The notes under the pieces are model-generated. The model searched no databases. It was not told where the DNA came from and was given only the letters and a program-made list of their open reading frames with translations. The translations under genes and the position numbers were made by a program. This document shows, in pieces, positions 52,006 to 64,000 of a DNA stretch of 64,000 bases; position 1 is the first letter of the stretch, and each line of letters opens with the position of its first letter. Location of the stretch: the NCBI RefSeq assembly GCF_964213995.1, contig NC_135805.1:145204001-145268000 (forward strand), read 5' to 3'. Source of the stretch: Mustelus asterias. Taxonomy: Eukaryota.

Positions 52006-53439
52006 AACTGAAGGAAATCAGCATTAGTGGAGAAATGGTGTCAGGGAATTTGATGGGATTGAAGGCAATAAAATCCTCAGGGCCTGACAATCTGCATCCC
52101 AGAGTATTTGTAAAGAAATGGCCTGAGAAATAGTAAATGCATTGGTTGTCAATTCTGGATTAGTTCCTACAGATTGGAGAGTAGCTAATGTAACCCCAAC
52201 ATTGAAAATGGGAGGGAGAAATAAAACAGAGAATTATAGTCCAGCCAGGCTGACGTCGGTAGTGGGGAAAATGCTCGAGTCTGCTATCAAAGATTTAATA
52301 GTAGTGCATTTGGAAAACAGTGGCAGAATCCGATATCTAGGGTGCCAGCTTTCCACAATGTATACTAATGATTTAGAAGAGGGAGCTAAATGTGATATCT
52401 TCAAATTTGCAAATGACACAAAGCTGCGTTTGGGGGAGGCGGGGGGATGGTGAGTTGTGAGGAGGATGGATAGAAGTTTCATTGTGTTTTGGACTAGCTG
52501 CGTGAGTGAGCGAATGAAATTCAGATGCAGTATAATGTTGATCAATGTGAGGTCAGCTACTTTGCTCGTAAAAACAGAAAGGCAGACTATCTGAAAGATG
52601 GGAATGTGCAATGAGACCTGGGTGTCCTCGTACACCAGTCACAGAAGGTCAGCAGCCAGGTGCAGCAGGCATTACATGGTATGTTGGCCTTTATAATGAG
52701 AGGACTCAAATCCTGCAGCAAGGATGTCTTGCTGTAATTATACAGGGCGTTGATAAGGCCATATCTGGAATATTCTGTGCAGTTTTCATCTCCTTTTCTG
52801 AGGAAGGATTTACTTGCTCTGGAGGGATTGCAGCAAGGATTTACTAGACTGGTGTTTGGGATGGCAGAATGAAGAGCGATTAAGTTGTTTAGGATTATAT
52901 TTACTGAAGTTGAGATGCATGGTGGTGGGGGGGGGAAGGAGGTTGTTCATGATGTTGGGGCAAGTCCAGAACCAGGGAATTCACGCTGAGGATACAGGGT
53001 AAACCTTTTAGGACAGAGATGAGAAGACATTTGTTTCGCCAGGTAGTGGTAAACCTGTGAAATTTGTACCACAGAAAGCAATTGAGGCAAAAGCATTGTA
53101 TATTTTCAAGAAGATGTTCGCTATAGCTCTTTGTTGCAAAAGGGATCAGAAAGTATGGTGCAAAGTTGGTATCAGGCTATTGAGTTAGATGATTAGCCAT
53201 GATCATGATGAATGATGGAACAGGCTCGAAGGGCCAAATGGCCCACTCTTGCTCTTATTTTCAATGTTTCTATGAAAAGTAAATCGATAGCCATAAGTAG
53301 GAAGTTCCCTGTCGCAACAAATTTGGAGTTGAGGGTGCTGTAAAACAGAAAATAGATGAAACCTCGGTTTGTGTCTTGTTTTGGAGAACGGAAATAAGGT
53401 AATGCTAAAAATTCGTGGCACACGTGGACTGATCCTTAA

Positions 53440-54995
53440 TGAAACGAATGGGGAGTTTGAAACTGTTTGAGAATACGATGCAATGGAACTCGTATGCAGA
53501 GTCTCCACATTCCTGATGATGGGAGGAAACACATTTAACATTAGGAGCCTCATTAAACTGGAAAAGCCAGGCACAAAAACACACAAAAAAATGGAAATAT
53601 TGCAAGGTCACAATTCGCTAAAGCCTCTAGTCATGCAGAAAGGTTTAGGTTTCATAAGTGCAACCAAGAAGAGAGGGGATCGATTGTACAGTTGTGGCTA
53701 AACTGAAAAGACTGGCCGAATACTGCAATTTTGGAGATATATTAAATGATACAGTGGGACAGACCAAGTCTGTGGTTTGAGGAACGAGGCAATTCAAAAG
53801 TGGTTTTTAATTTTTATCAACTTGACTCTCAAAGAAAGCCTTGGAAGTTTCTGTATGAATGGAGTTAGCAGCCACAAAGGCTAATTAACACAAGGATTTC
53901 CAAGATGTCAGCTGAAACCTGACTGCAAGCAAAAACCCTCTCTCTTACCACAGGTGTTCAGTGGCCAAAAACTCAGCAACAATATCATGTGCAGCAATTG
54001 TTGAAGAAGGCCACACTGAATGTGCATGTTGGAAAAAAAGCAAGTTTCAGACAAAAGTTGCAAAAGACAAATAGCAAGCAGAATAAAGGAAAGAGTGACC
54101 ATGTAGTATAAAAAGTGTGTGAGGAAAGACCCAATCCACAGTCCAAAGATAATTTGTCATGAAACGTACTAATACTGCAAATTGATACTGGGTCACTCCA
54201 CTATTGGATGGACAGCTGGTAAAAATTGAGGTGGGCACTGGTGCAGCAGTCTCACTGGTGCCAAAGACTGTTTATGAAGAAAATCTCTAATCCTCAAATA
54301 GTGTTTAAAATCCTACACTAGAGAAGTGTTTCCATTAAGTGTTTGGCGGGGGGCGGGGGGGGAGGGTGCATATTGATGTAACGGTACAATTGAGTGGACA
54401 GACTGCAGATTTGTCCTTGCACAGTCAAAGGAAATTATCTGGCAGATGGGAGAACTTTGTTAGAAAAGATCAGATTCAATTGGGTCGAAGTAAACCTAAT
54501 GACGGACTCTGAATAAGGTCATATCAGAATCCTAAAGAAACACGCTATGATTTTCACCGTTGTGCTGGGAAGTATGAAGGATATCTCAAAAGTTGAAAAT
54601 CAAAAAAGAGAGTCAGGCAAAATACCTAAGGCCTTATGCAGTCAGACCTAAAGTCGAGGTGGAGTTAGAATGACTGGTCAAAACGGGAGTCCTTGAATCT
54701 GTTAATGTGAGCAATTGTACCGCTGATGAAAGCAAGACACGGATTTGCGGTGACTTCAGAGTAAACATTAATCCTGTACACTATGCAGAATAATTCCCTC
54801 TACTCCTGATTTAATGAACTGTTCGCAGGGTTGGAGAGAGGCCAACACTACTTCAGTAAAATCGACTTCCATCAAACATTTCTACAAAAGAACATGGATC
54901 AGGATTCGCAAGAGTGACTGACAATTACAACACACAAAGGGTTATTTTGATACAGAAGATTGCGATTTGGCATCACTTCAGCTCTGCCATTTTTC
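53440..54995 (+). mobile_element. Degenerate Gypsy/Ty3 LTR-retrotransposon internal region (gag, protease, partial RT)
   Basis: ERFRFHKCNQEE, LKRLAEYCNFG and VCGLRNEAIQK (gag); VKIEVGTGAAVSL (decayed DTGA protease); RICGDFRV, FSKIDF and TTHKGLF.YRRL.FGITSA (RT). Confidence 0.8.
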
Positions 54996-55802
54996 TAAGC
55001 CTCAGCAGATCTGAACCCTAATCCATACCTTTTTCTTTTACCTCCAGTCTTGAATCTCCAATTGCTCTAATGTCCAGCCTTCCACTGAGCTTGTACTATA
55101 ATCTTCTACTCAAATTCAGCTCCCTGTTCTCTGTCACGTCCTATTCAGATATCACATATGCTCAAACAATTATACTGACTTAAAATTTTCAAATGCCATC
55201 AATTTAAAATTCCCTTCATTCTATTTAAATAACATAACCCTGGAGTTTCCTATCATTGTGTCACTAGAATTCTCTGTTGCCCTGACAGTGCTCTCTTTTG
55301 CAATGGACTCTGCTTTGCACAACAACTGGTGACTGAGTAGTCAGTTATCTTGGTACTCATTCTCTGAAATTCAGCCCCAAAATATATCCTCCACCTATTA
55401 TTTCTTGGACCCAGTTTTATCCTGTTCTTCTTGTGCTTATTGTCTGGTTCTATCCCTTTTTAAAGTCTCTTTGTATGTTTGATCTTAATTCTTTGAATGG
55501 AAATTCTTGATGGCTATCCTGACTATCCAGTGCTTCAGCTGTGGCCCAGTTATTAAGGTTCCATACCAGAAGCAGATATGCCACATATTTACCTGCCATT
55601 TTCAATAACTGAGTGGAGTATTGATTGGAGTTATTTTCATTGTTATTTTTATTCGATTCTCCTTGATGATAAATCTACTGATTCTTTTGATTTGTCAGTG
55701 GTAATTTCTCAGTTTGCTCACTACTTCCCTCAGTTCAGATTTGGCCCTTCCATGCATTCAGATTGACTGTTGTTGTCTTTGAGTAAATCTGTGTGACAGG
55801 AG

Positions 55803-57540
55803 AGGTGATGGTGCAGTGGTATTGTCTCTGGGCGAGAAATCTGCAGGCCCAGGATAATGCTCTGAGGACTCGGGTTTCAATCTCACCAAAGCAAATGGTA
55901 GAAGTTAATCTCACCTTCTGGAATTAAATCTAATGATGATGAAGCCATTGTCATAAAAACCCACCTGGTTCATTAATGTTCTTCAGGGAAGGGAACCTGC
56001 GTTCTTACCTGAATCTGTCCTACATATGATTGCAGACCCTTAAATGGTCTAACAAACCACTCAGTTGTATTGAACCACTTTGAAGAAAACACACAAGGAT
56101 GGATGCAGCATCAACCACCGGAAACAACAACGACAAACCTGACGACCCTGCAAAATCCTTTTTACTAACACCTGGGGATTCATGCCAAAATTGGGAAAGC
56201 TGTCTCCGGCTCGTCACGTGATGGCTTGATAAAGTCATATGCACGGAAGCATATGTTACAGATCATGTTTCAGACACCACCATCAACATTCCTGGGAATG
56301 CCCTGTCCCACCAGCAGAGGTCATAGCACAGTGTCATGCAGTCGAGAGGTAGACTCTGGACCCCGTGAAGACACATTCATGATTCCTCATACTGAAGCAG
56401 TCCATGTTCAAATGTGACAAGATCTGGACAACATCCAGGTTTGGGCTGACAAGTAATGGATTTGCGCAACACATGCCAGGTAATTTCCATCACCATTAAG
56501 AGAATTTAACCACCACCCCTTGACATTCAATGGTGTTACCATCACTGAATCCCCACTGCCTACATGCTTGGGGTTACCATTGACTAGAAACTCAACTGGA
56601 CTCACTACATAAACACAATGGCTACAAGAGCAGGTCAAAGGCTAGGAATACTATGGCGAGTAACCTGCCTCCTGACTCTGCAAAGCCTGTCCACAAGACC
56701 CAAGCCTGGATGGGTGCAGCTCCAACAACACTAGAAGCCTGACACCATCCAGGACAAAACAGCCTGCTTAATTGGCATCACATCCACTCCCCCAATACTG
56801 ACGCTCCAATGTGTGCTATCTACAAGATGCACTATAGAAACTTTCTAAAGATCCTTGGATAACAAGGGCAGCGGAACACTGCCACCTGCCAGTTCCTCTC
56901 CAAGCCACTCGCCATCCGGACTTGAAAATATTTCGCAGTTGTTGGGTCAAAACCCTGGAATTTCCTCCCTCATGGCATTTTGGTCAACCACATGTGAGCT
57001 GCAGTGTTTCAGGAAGGTAGCTCATCACCACCTCCTTCTCAGGAGCAACAAGGGATAGGCAATAAATGCTGGCCAGCCAGTGATGCCCATGTCCCACGAA
57101 TAAATAAAAAAAAACAAGTTTGCAAAAGGTAAGGCAGGAGCATTTGTAACAATCATCAGCCAGGACTGCTGAGTGGATGATCGAAATTGACCACCTCCAG
57201 AGGTCCCCGGCATCACAGATGTCGGTTTTCAGCCAATTCGATTCACACTACGTGATATCAGGAAACGGCTGATGGCAATGGAGGCTGCAAAGACAATGCA
57301 CAATGACAACATCATGGGAATCGTCCTGAAGACTCCAGAACTTATCACTTCTCTCGCCAAGCTGTTCTCGTGCAGCTCCAACACTGGCATCTGTCTGGCA
57401 ATGTGGAAAATTGCCCATGTATGTACTGTACACATGAAACAGGATAAATCCATTCCAGCCAGTTGCCACCCCAACAGTCAACTCTTGATCATCAGCATTG
57501 TGATGGGAGGGGTCATCAACACGATAATGGGAGGGGTCAT
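55803..57540 (+). mobile_element. Decayed SINE-headed CR1/L2-group element with a poly(A) tail at ~57100, followed by a second fragment
   Basis: tRNA-like head at 55803, LINE-like remnants (DLDNIQVWADK.), tail agggataggcaataaatgctggcc...aataaataaaaa. Confidence 0.55.
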
Positions 57541-57547
57541 CAACAAG

Positions 57548-57889
57548 GGGGCGGCACGGTAGCACAGTGGTTAGCACTGCTGCTTCACAGCTCCAGGGAC
57601 CTGGGTTCGATTCCCGGCTTGGGTCACTGTCTGTGTGGAGTTTGCACATTCTCCTCGTGTCTGCGTCGGTTTCCTCCGGGTGCTCTGGTTTCCTCCCACA
57701 GTCCAAAGATGTGTGGGTTAGGTTGATTGGCCAAGCTGAAATTGCCCTTAGTGTCCTGGGATGCGTAGGTTAGAGGGATTAGTGGGTAAATATGTGGGGG
57801 TAGGGCCTGGGTGGGATTGTGGTCGGTGCAGACTTGATGGGCCAAATGACCTCTTTCTGTGCTATAGGGATTCTAAGATTCTAAGATTC
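57548..57889 (+). mobile_element. HE1-like SINE, full length
   Basis: Near-identical to 900-1231. Confidence 0.9.
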
Positions 57890-57934
57890 AGCGGTCCCTA
57901 ACAGCATGGGGTGGGAAGGGGGCGGGGAACGGCA

Positions 57935-58210
57935 GCAAGGAGAATTGTCACAGCCCCACGCAGCCTAGAGGACAAAGAGCAGAGGGAGGAGTTGTAGCGG
58001 AAGTCACTAGCCTTGGTGGGGGTGGGGGGGCGGAGTGGAGGGCAACAGCAGGGAGAGTTGCTGCGGCCCCCAGCAGCCTGGACGGGAAACAGCAACATGG
58101 AGAGTTGCATCGGTTCCCAGGAGCCTGGCGTGGTAACAGCAGCAGCCAGAGTTGTAGCGGCTCCCAGCAGCCTAGAAGAGAAATAGCAGCAGGCACAGGC
58201 TCTCTCAGGA
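57935..58210 (+). repeat. Degenerate GC-rich tandem repeat
   Basis: Recurring gagagttg(t/c)..cggc(t/c)cccagcagcct.g..g units of about 50 bp. Confidence 0.55.
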
Positions 58211-58214
58211 GAAT

Positions 58215-58612
58215 AGCCAATATTGTTCCCTTTTTCCAGAAAGGAAGCAGGGTAATCCTGGAAATTGTTGGCCGGTGAGCCTGACGTCAGTGGTGGGGAA
58301 GCATTTGGAGAAGATGTTGAGGGACAGAATATATGTAAATTTGGAAGAAAATGGTCAGTGACAGCCTGCATGGTTTAGTACGGGGAAGGTCATGTCTCAA
58401 CAAATTGATAGAGTATATTAAGAGGTGACAAAGATAACTGATGAGAGAAGGGCTGTGAATCTAATTTATGTGGACTTTAGTAAGGCGTTTGATAAGGTCC
58501 CAAATGACAGACTGGTATGGAAACTTTTTTTAGTTTAATTACGGCATCATGATTGGTAAAGGCTTGGAGGCCGAAAGGCTTTTTCCTGTGCTGTACTTTT
58601 CTTTGTTCTTTG
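58215..58612 (+). mobile_element. CR1 fragments
   Basis: Decayed RT region (DFSKAFDKV) joined to a CR1 tail. Confidence 0.7.
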
Positions 58613-59034
58613 ATATTTGTTGTTTTCTCCAAAGACCCCAGTTCAGTTGTTCAGGGAAACTGGGAATCAAATTGAATCTAAAACTTTCCCCATTAAAAAA
58701 AAACATTCACTCTGCAGCAGAAGCTTCACTCTCGGCCTGTATTTGACCCTTCATCACTTAAACTATGGTGGGATAAATGTTACACTCCTGGATATTGAAA
58801 TAAATGACAAATTATTTTAAAAATAATTTTTATTGCCCAGCATTCATATGATTAATCACGTTTATACCCTGGGCTATTTCTTCTTTTTTCTATAGTAACA
58901 TTTTCAATATAAACAAGCTAATGTTTCACATTTGGAGCAGAATTTCTATAACAATCATGCATTTTGGATGTTCATAGCTTCAGGAATACTAAGCTATAAT
59001 TTAGCCCCGACGTTGATTGTAGTTTGGGGAAAAT

Positions 59035-59082
59035 GTTTGTTTGTATCTGTGCAGAAGCGAGTTTGTGTATGCGTGTGTGTGT

Positions 59083-59119
<37 letters not shown>

Positions 59120-59308
59120 AGCGTGTGTGTGACTAAATAAGTGTGTGTGTGTGCATGTCTATATGCATATGCGTGCGCATGTGTATTTGTGCTGGTCTGC
59201 ATATGTGTTTGCATGTTGAGTGAGTTTATGCATCTAGAAGTATGTGTGCATATGTGAGTATGTATAGGTGGATGTGTGCATGTATGTGTGAGTCTGTGTT
59301 TGTATGTT
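59035..59308 (+). repeat. (TG)n-rich microsatellite
   Basis: Perfect and degenerate GT repeats. Confidence 0.9.
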
Positions 59309-61557
59309 AGGGACCTTGGGGAAATAAACAGTGATTCTTGAGGAATGTACATATTACAGAGAAGGAAGTGCTGGAAGTCTTAAAGCGCATCAAGGTAGAT
59401 AAATCCCTGGGACCTGATGAAGTGTATCCCTGAACATTATGTGAGGCTATGGAGGAAATTGTGGGTCTCCTAATAGAGGTATTTAAATCATTGAAAGTCA
59501 CAGGTGAGGTGCCTGAAGATTGGAGGGTGGCAAATGTTTTATCCTTTCATAAAAAGGGGTGCAGGGAAAGACTTGCGAGCCTGCGAACCGCACATCTGTG
59601 GTGGGTAAGTTGTTCAAAGGCATTTTGAGAGACAGGTTCTGCAGGTATTTAGAGATGTAAGGACTGATTAGGGACAGTCAACATAGCTTTGTGAGTGGAA
59701 AATCATGTCTCACAATTTTTTTTGAGCGTTTTGAAGGGGTAACTAAGAAGGTAGATGAGGGCAGTGCAGTTGATGTTGTCAACATAGAATTTACCAAGGA
59801 CTTTGACAAGGTATGGCATGGTTACATAAGATTAAATCTCATGAGATTCAGGGTGAGGTAGCTAAATGCACACAAAATTGGCTTGGTGACAGAAGACAGA
59901 GGGTCGTGTAGAATGTTGTTTTTCAAACTGGAGGCCTGTGACCAGTGGTGTGCCTCAGGGACCAGCGCTGGGTCGACTGTTATTTGTCATTTATATTAAT
60001 GATTTGGATGAGAATCTAGGAGGCATGGTTACTAAGTTTGCAGATGACGCCAAAATTTGTGGCATAGTGGACAGTGAAGAAAGTTATCTCGGATTGCAAT
60101 GGGGTCTTGATCAATTGGGCCAGTGGGCTGACGAATGGCAGATGGAGTTTTCATAGAAAAATCATAGAAACACCACAGTACAGAAAGAGGCCATTCGGCC
60201 CATCGAGTCTGCGCCGACCACAATCCCACCCAGGCCCTACCCCCACATACTTACTCACTAATCCCTCTAACCTACGCACTTGGGTGGTACAGTAGCATAT
60301 TGGTTAGCACTGCTGCTTCACAGCTCCAGGGACCTGGGTTCGATTCCCGGCTCGGGTCACTGTCTGTGCGGAGTTTGCACATTCTCCCCGTGTCTGCGTG
60401 GGTTTACTCCGGGTGCTCCAGTTTCCTCCCACAGTCCAAAGATGTGCGGGTGAGGTTGCTTGGCCAAGCTAAATTGCCCCTTAGTGTCCCGGGATGCATA
60501 GATTAGAGGGATTAGTGGGTAAATATGAGGGTTAGAGGGATTAGCAGGTAAATATGTAGGGATACGGGGATAGGGCCTGGGTGTGATTGTTGTCAGTGCA
60601 GACTCGATGGGCTGAATGGCCTCTTTCTGCACTGTAGGGTTTCTATAGTTTCTATCTCAGAACACTAAGGGCAATTTTTAGCATGGCCAATCAATGTAAG
60701 CCGCACATCATTGGACTGTGGGAGGAAACCGGAGCACCCAGAGGAAACCCACGCGTTTTATTTAGATAAAGTGAGGTGATGCATTTTGGTTGATTGAACC
60801 AGGGCAGGAGTTACTCAATTAATGGTAGGGCATTGGGGAGAGTTAGAGAACAAAGAAATCTAGGGGTACATGTTCATAGCTCCTTGAAAGTGGAGTCGCA
60901 GGTGGGGCAGAGCGGTGAAGAAAGCATTCAGCATGCTTGGTTCCATTGGTCAGAACATTGAATACAGGAGTTGGGACGTCTTGTTGAAGTGGTATAAGAC
61001 ATTGGTAAGGCCACACTTAGAATACTATGTACAGTTCTGACCACCCTATTATAGAAATAATATTATTAAACTAGAAAGAGTGCAGAAAAGATTTACTAGG
61101 ATGCTATAGGGACTTGATGGTTTGAGTTATAAGGAGAGGCTGGATCGACGGGGATTTTTTTCTCTGGAGCGTTGAAGGCTGAGGTGTGAACTTATAGAGG
61201 TCTGTAAAATAATGAGGGGAATTGATCAGCTAGATAGTCAATATCTTTTCCAAATGTAGGGGAGTCTAAAACTGGAGGGCATAGGTTTAAGATGAGAAGG
61301 GAGAGATACAAAGTGTCCAGAGGGGCAATCGTTTCACACAGAGGGTGGTGAGTGTTTGGAACAAGCTGCCAGAGGTAATGGCAGAGGCGGGTACAATTTT
61401 GTCTTTTATAAAGCATTCAGGCAGTTGCATAGGTAAGATGGGTATGAAGGGACATGGGCCAAATGCGGGACTAGCTTCGGGGTTTAAAAAAAAGTGCAGC
61501 ATGGACAAGTTGGGCCGAAGAGCCTGTTTCCATGCTGTAAACATCTATGACTCTATG
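59309..61557 (+). mobile_element. CR1 LINE inserted in the TG tract, carrying nested SINEs (60152-60755 minus, itself containing 60282-60655 plus)
   Basis: Same subfamily as 20505-22265 (KFADDAK; tail tctatgactctatg). SINE within SINE within LINE. Confidence 0.88.
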
Positions 61558-62055
61558 TACGAGTGTATGTGAAAGTATGTGTGTGTGTGTGTGTGTGTGC
61601 GTGCACGCGCATGTGTTAAATTATGTATGTTTGTGAGTTTATGAAAGTGTATTTGTGTCAGTGAGTGTATGTATCTGTGAGCGCATATGTGTGTGTGTGA
61701 GTGCACGCATGTGTGTGAGTGCATATTTGTGTGCGTGAGTGTACCTGAATTCGTGTATCTGTTTGCATGTGTGAGTTTGTGTGTGATTATAGATTTGTAT
61801 TAGTGTCTATGTGTGTGTGTGTATGTGTATTTGTCTGTGAATGTCTGTACGTTTGAGGGTGTGTGTGTGAATGCAGAGTGCGTATGCATGTATTAGTGTA
61901 TATGTATGTGTGTGAGAGTATGAGTGTGTGAGTGTACGTCTGAGTGTAAGTGTGTGAGTGTATATATTTATTTGTTGTAGTGTGTATTTATGTGTGTGTG
62001 AGTATTCGCACGTTTGATTTACGTATGTGTGTGTATCTGTGTGGGTATGAGTGTC
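61558..62055 (+). repeat. (TG)n-rich low-complexity tract
   Basis: Continuation of the 59035-59308 tract. Confidence 0.9.
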
Positions 62056-63653
62056 CGTGAAGGAGATATACAACATAAGAACTATTTTAATGACATGTTT
62101 TAAGATTATAATCTGTTTACCTTCGTTCAACTGCTCATTAAACGTTCTACAATCGAACATGCAAATTAAGAACAGAAGGGGTCATTCAGCCCCTCGAGCA
62201 TGCTCCACCATTTAATATTATTATGGCTAGTCTGATAGAACCTAAAATCTACATCCTGGAACCCCCAATAATATCTAAGTCTCTTGCGCACCAAGAATCA
62301 ATCTAGCTCTGCATTAGAAATATTCAACGATTCTGTTTGCATTGCATTTTGAGGACAAGAGTTCTAAAGAGTCATGACACTCAGAGAAAGTTTCTTCTCA
62401 TCTCCGTCTGAAATGAGCAATGCATTATTTTTTAAACAGTGCTTCCCTAGTTCCAAATTCTCTGACAAGAGGAACATCCACTCAACATCCACACTCTCAA
62501 GACGAACCCAGGATCATATATGTTTTAATCAAGTTATCTCTTTCTATTTAAACTCCAACAGATACAAGCCTAGTGTAAGAAGTCATGAGAGTCCCTTACA
62601 GAGTTTGTCAGGTTGGAATTCGTATTCTGGATGTAAGAGGAATAAGTGACTTTGACGTGTATTTCTCGAAGTATCACTTTCATTGAATATTGAATAACGA
62701 TTATAATGATAGTAAGAATGTGACAATGAAGATTGATCGAAAAAAAACCAAATATATATATGCGTATGTGTGTGTGTGTATGTATATATATATATATATT
62801 TAATCCATTATAGTATATATGTTAGTCACTGAATTTTACAGAATTAGGCCCTTCAGCCCACCGTTTCTCTGCTGGCCATCAAACACTTATCTATTGTGAT
62901 CCCAATTTCCAGCACTTGGTCTGTAGCATTGAATGCTATGGCATTTCAAGTGATTGCTTAAATGCTTCTCCAATATTGTGAGGGTTCCCAGGTCTATCAC
63001 CCTTTCAGGAAGTGAGTTCAAGATTCCCAGTACTCTGGGTGCAAAGTAAAATCCTCAATCCCCTCCAAATCTCATTTGCCTTAGCTTAGATCTATGCCCC
63101 CTGGTTATTGACGCATTCACGAAGGGGAACATATATTCTCAACTACACTATATATGTGCCTCATAATTATGTACACCTCGATGAGGTCGTCCCTCAGCGT
63201 TCTCTGCTCTAAGGAAACGCAGAATTAAGGAGGATGAGTTAGTGACAGGATTTAATGTTATAGCTAGTATTAACGGACAGTATCATTTGGGCTCTTTTTC
63301 TACAACATTTCTTAACAATTCTCATGTCAGATTCGGAGTTGCTGCTGCTCTGCCCCCGCTGCATTTTACCCATGGTGACAGGTTGAATGACAGAATTCTA
63401 TTGGAAAACACCATGAACATATCTCCGATTATGCAATATTGAGATTTAAATGGTTCAGAAGGTCATCTCATGAATATAATTGTCTCCCAGATACTCTTGA
63501 ATCTTCAAGCAGAAGTATATGACAGTAAATTATCGCTGAACATTGGATCATGGTAAAGGGGATGAAGCAGCCAATATTGAACTGTATTCGATCTGTAATG
63601 AACAGTAGGTCTGTCAATGTTATACAGCTAGACTCTGCACACACTAACAAGAG

Positions 63654-63880
63654 CATCACTGGGAACAGATCACTATCGGGAACCCATTTCGATTAATCAC
63701 AATAAAAAGTGGATCACTGGTTACAGATCATTATCAGAAACGCATATTGATTGATCAACTAACGAGAAGATCACTGGTTACAGATCATCATCATTAACCA
63801 AGACTGACTGATCACGTTAACTAGTGGATCACTAGTTATGGATCACTATCAGAAATCCAGACTGATTAATGACACTGACA
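63654..63880 (+). repeat. Degenerate ~58-bp tandem repeat, about 4 units
   Basis: (g/c)atcact(g/a)g.. cagatca.tatca units start near 63654, 63712, 63769 and 63827. Confidence 0.75.
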
Positions 63881-64000
63881 CATACCTGCATGCTTAATTC
63901 TTCCCTATTCAAAGGTTAGGTTTATATTGAGTTGACATCAATGTCTTGATGATTTGAAGTGTTGTTTTCTTACTCTGCTGTTCACATTATCTACTCCATG

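Larger units (their letters stand above)
47040..53280 (+). mobile_element. Old CR1 (47040-47780 and 52020-53280) split by a Tx1 insertion
   Basis: Colinear decayed CR1 ORF2 on both sides of the Tx1 TSD (DWRVANVTP, FKFANDTK). Confidence 0.75.

Noticed and set aside
58634-58680. Possible further NLR exon starting DPSSV
   Set aside because: A stop follows within about 14 codons and there is no further similarity.
63242-63442. 66-aa ORF near the window end
   Set aside because: No recognisable motif or convincing splice context.

Overview
Vertebrate genomic DNA, very probably a shark or other elasmobranch, judged from HE1-like tRNA SINEs paired with HER1/CR1 LINEs, a DeuSINE (SacSINE1-like) element, shark-like histone tails and NLR-like exons. 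1-28.3 kb is a decaying replication-dependent histone cluster made of two copies of the unit H2B> H2A> <H3 <H4 <H1. Copy 1 has H2B pseudogenised, H2A and H3 intact, and H4 reduced to its 3' flank. Copy 2 has H2B, H3 and H4 intact, H2A pseudogenised and H1 split by a CR1. The rest is mostly retroelements: many CR1 LINEs, SINEs, Penelope-like elements with hammerhead ribozyme motifs, Tx1-clade elements and a degenerate Gypsy. There are also minisatellites, a CpG-island promoter and two phase-compatible exons of a probable NLR-type gene carrying a premature stop. The most striking observation is two independent insertions (88-~426 and 11598-11929) of a ~330-bp A-tailed element. It begins with the first 39 nt of U2 snRNA (exact in copy B), contains a second U2 stem-I copy, and is predicted to fold so that its U2-derived pairing segments are sequestered. 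It is a candidate U2-derived SINE; copy B has a 12-bp TSD and lies next to a Keno/Tx1-like 3' fragment. Family names are recalled from memory, not from database searches, and many repeat boundaries are approximate.
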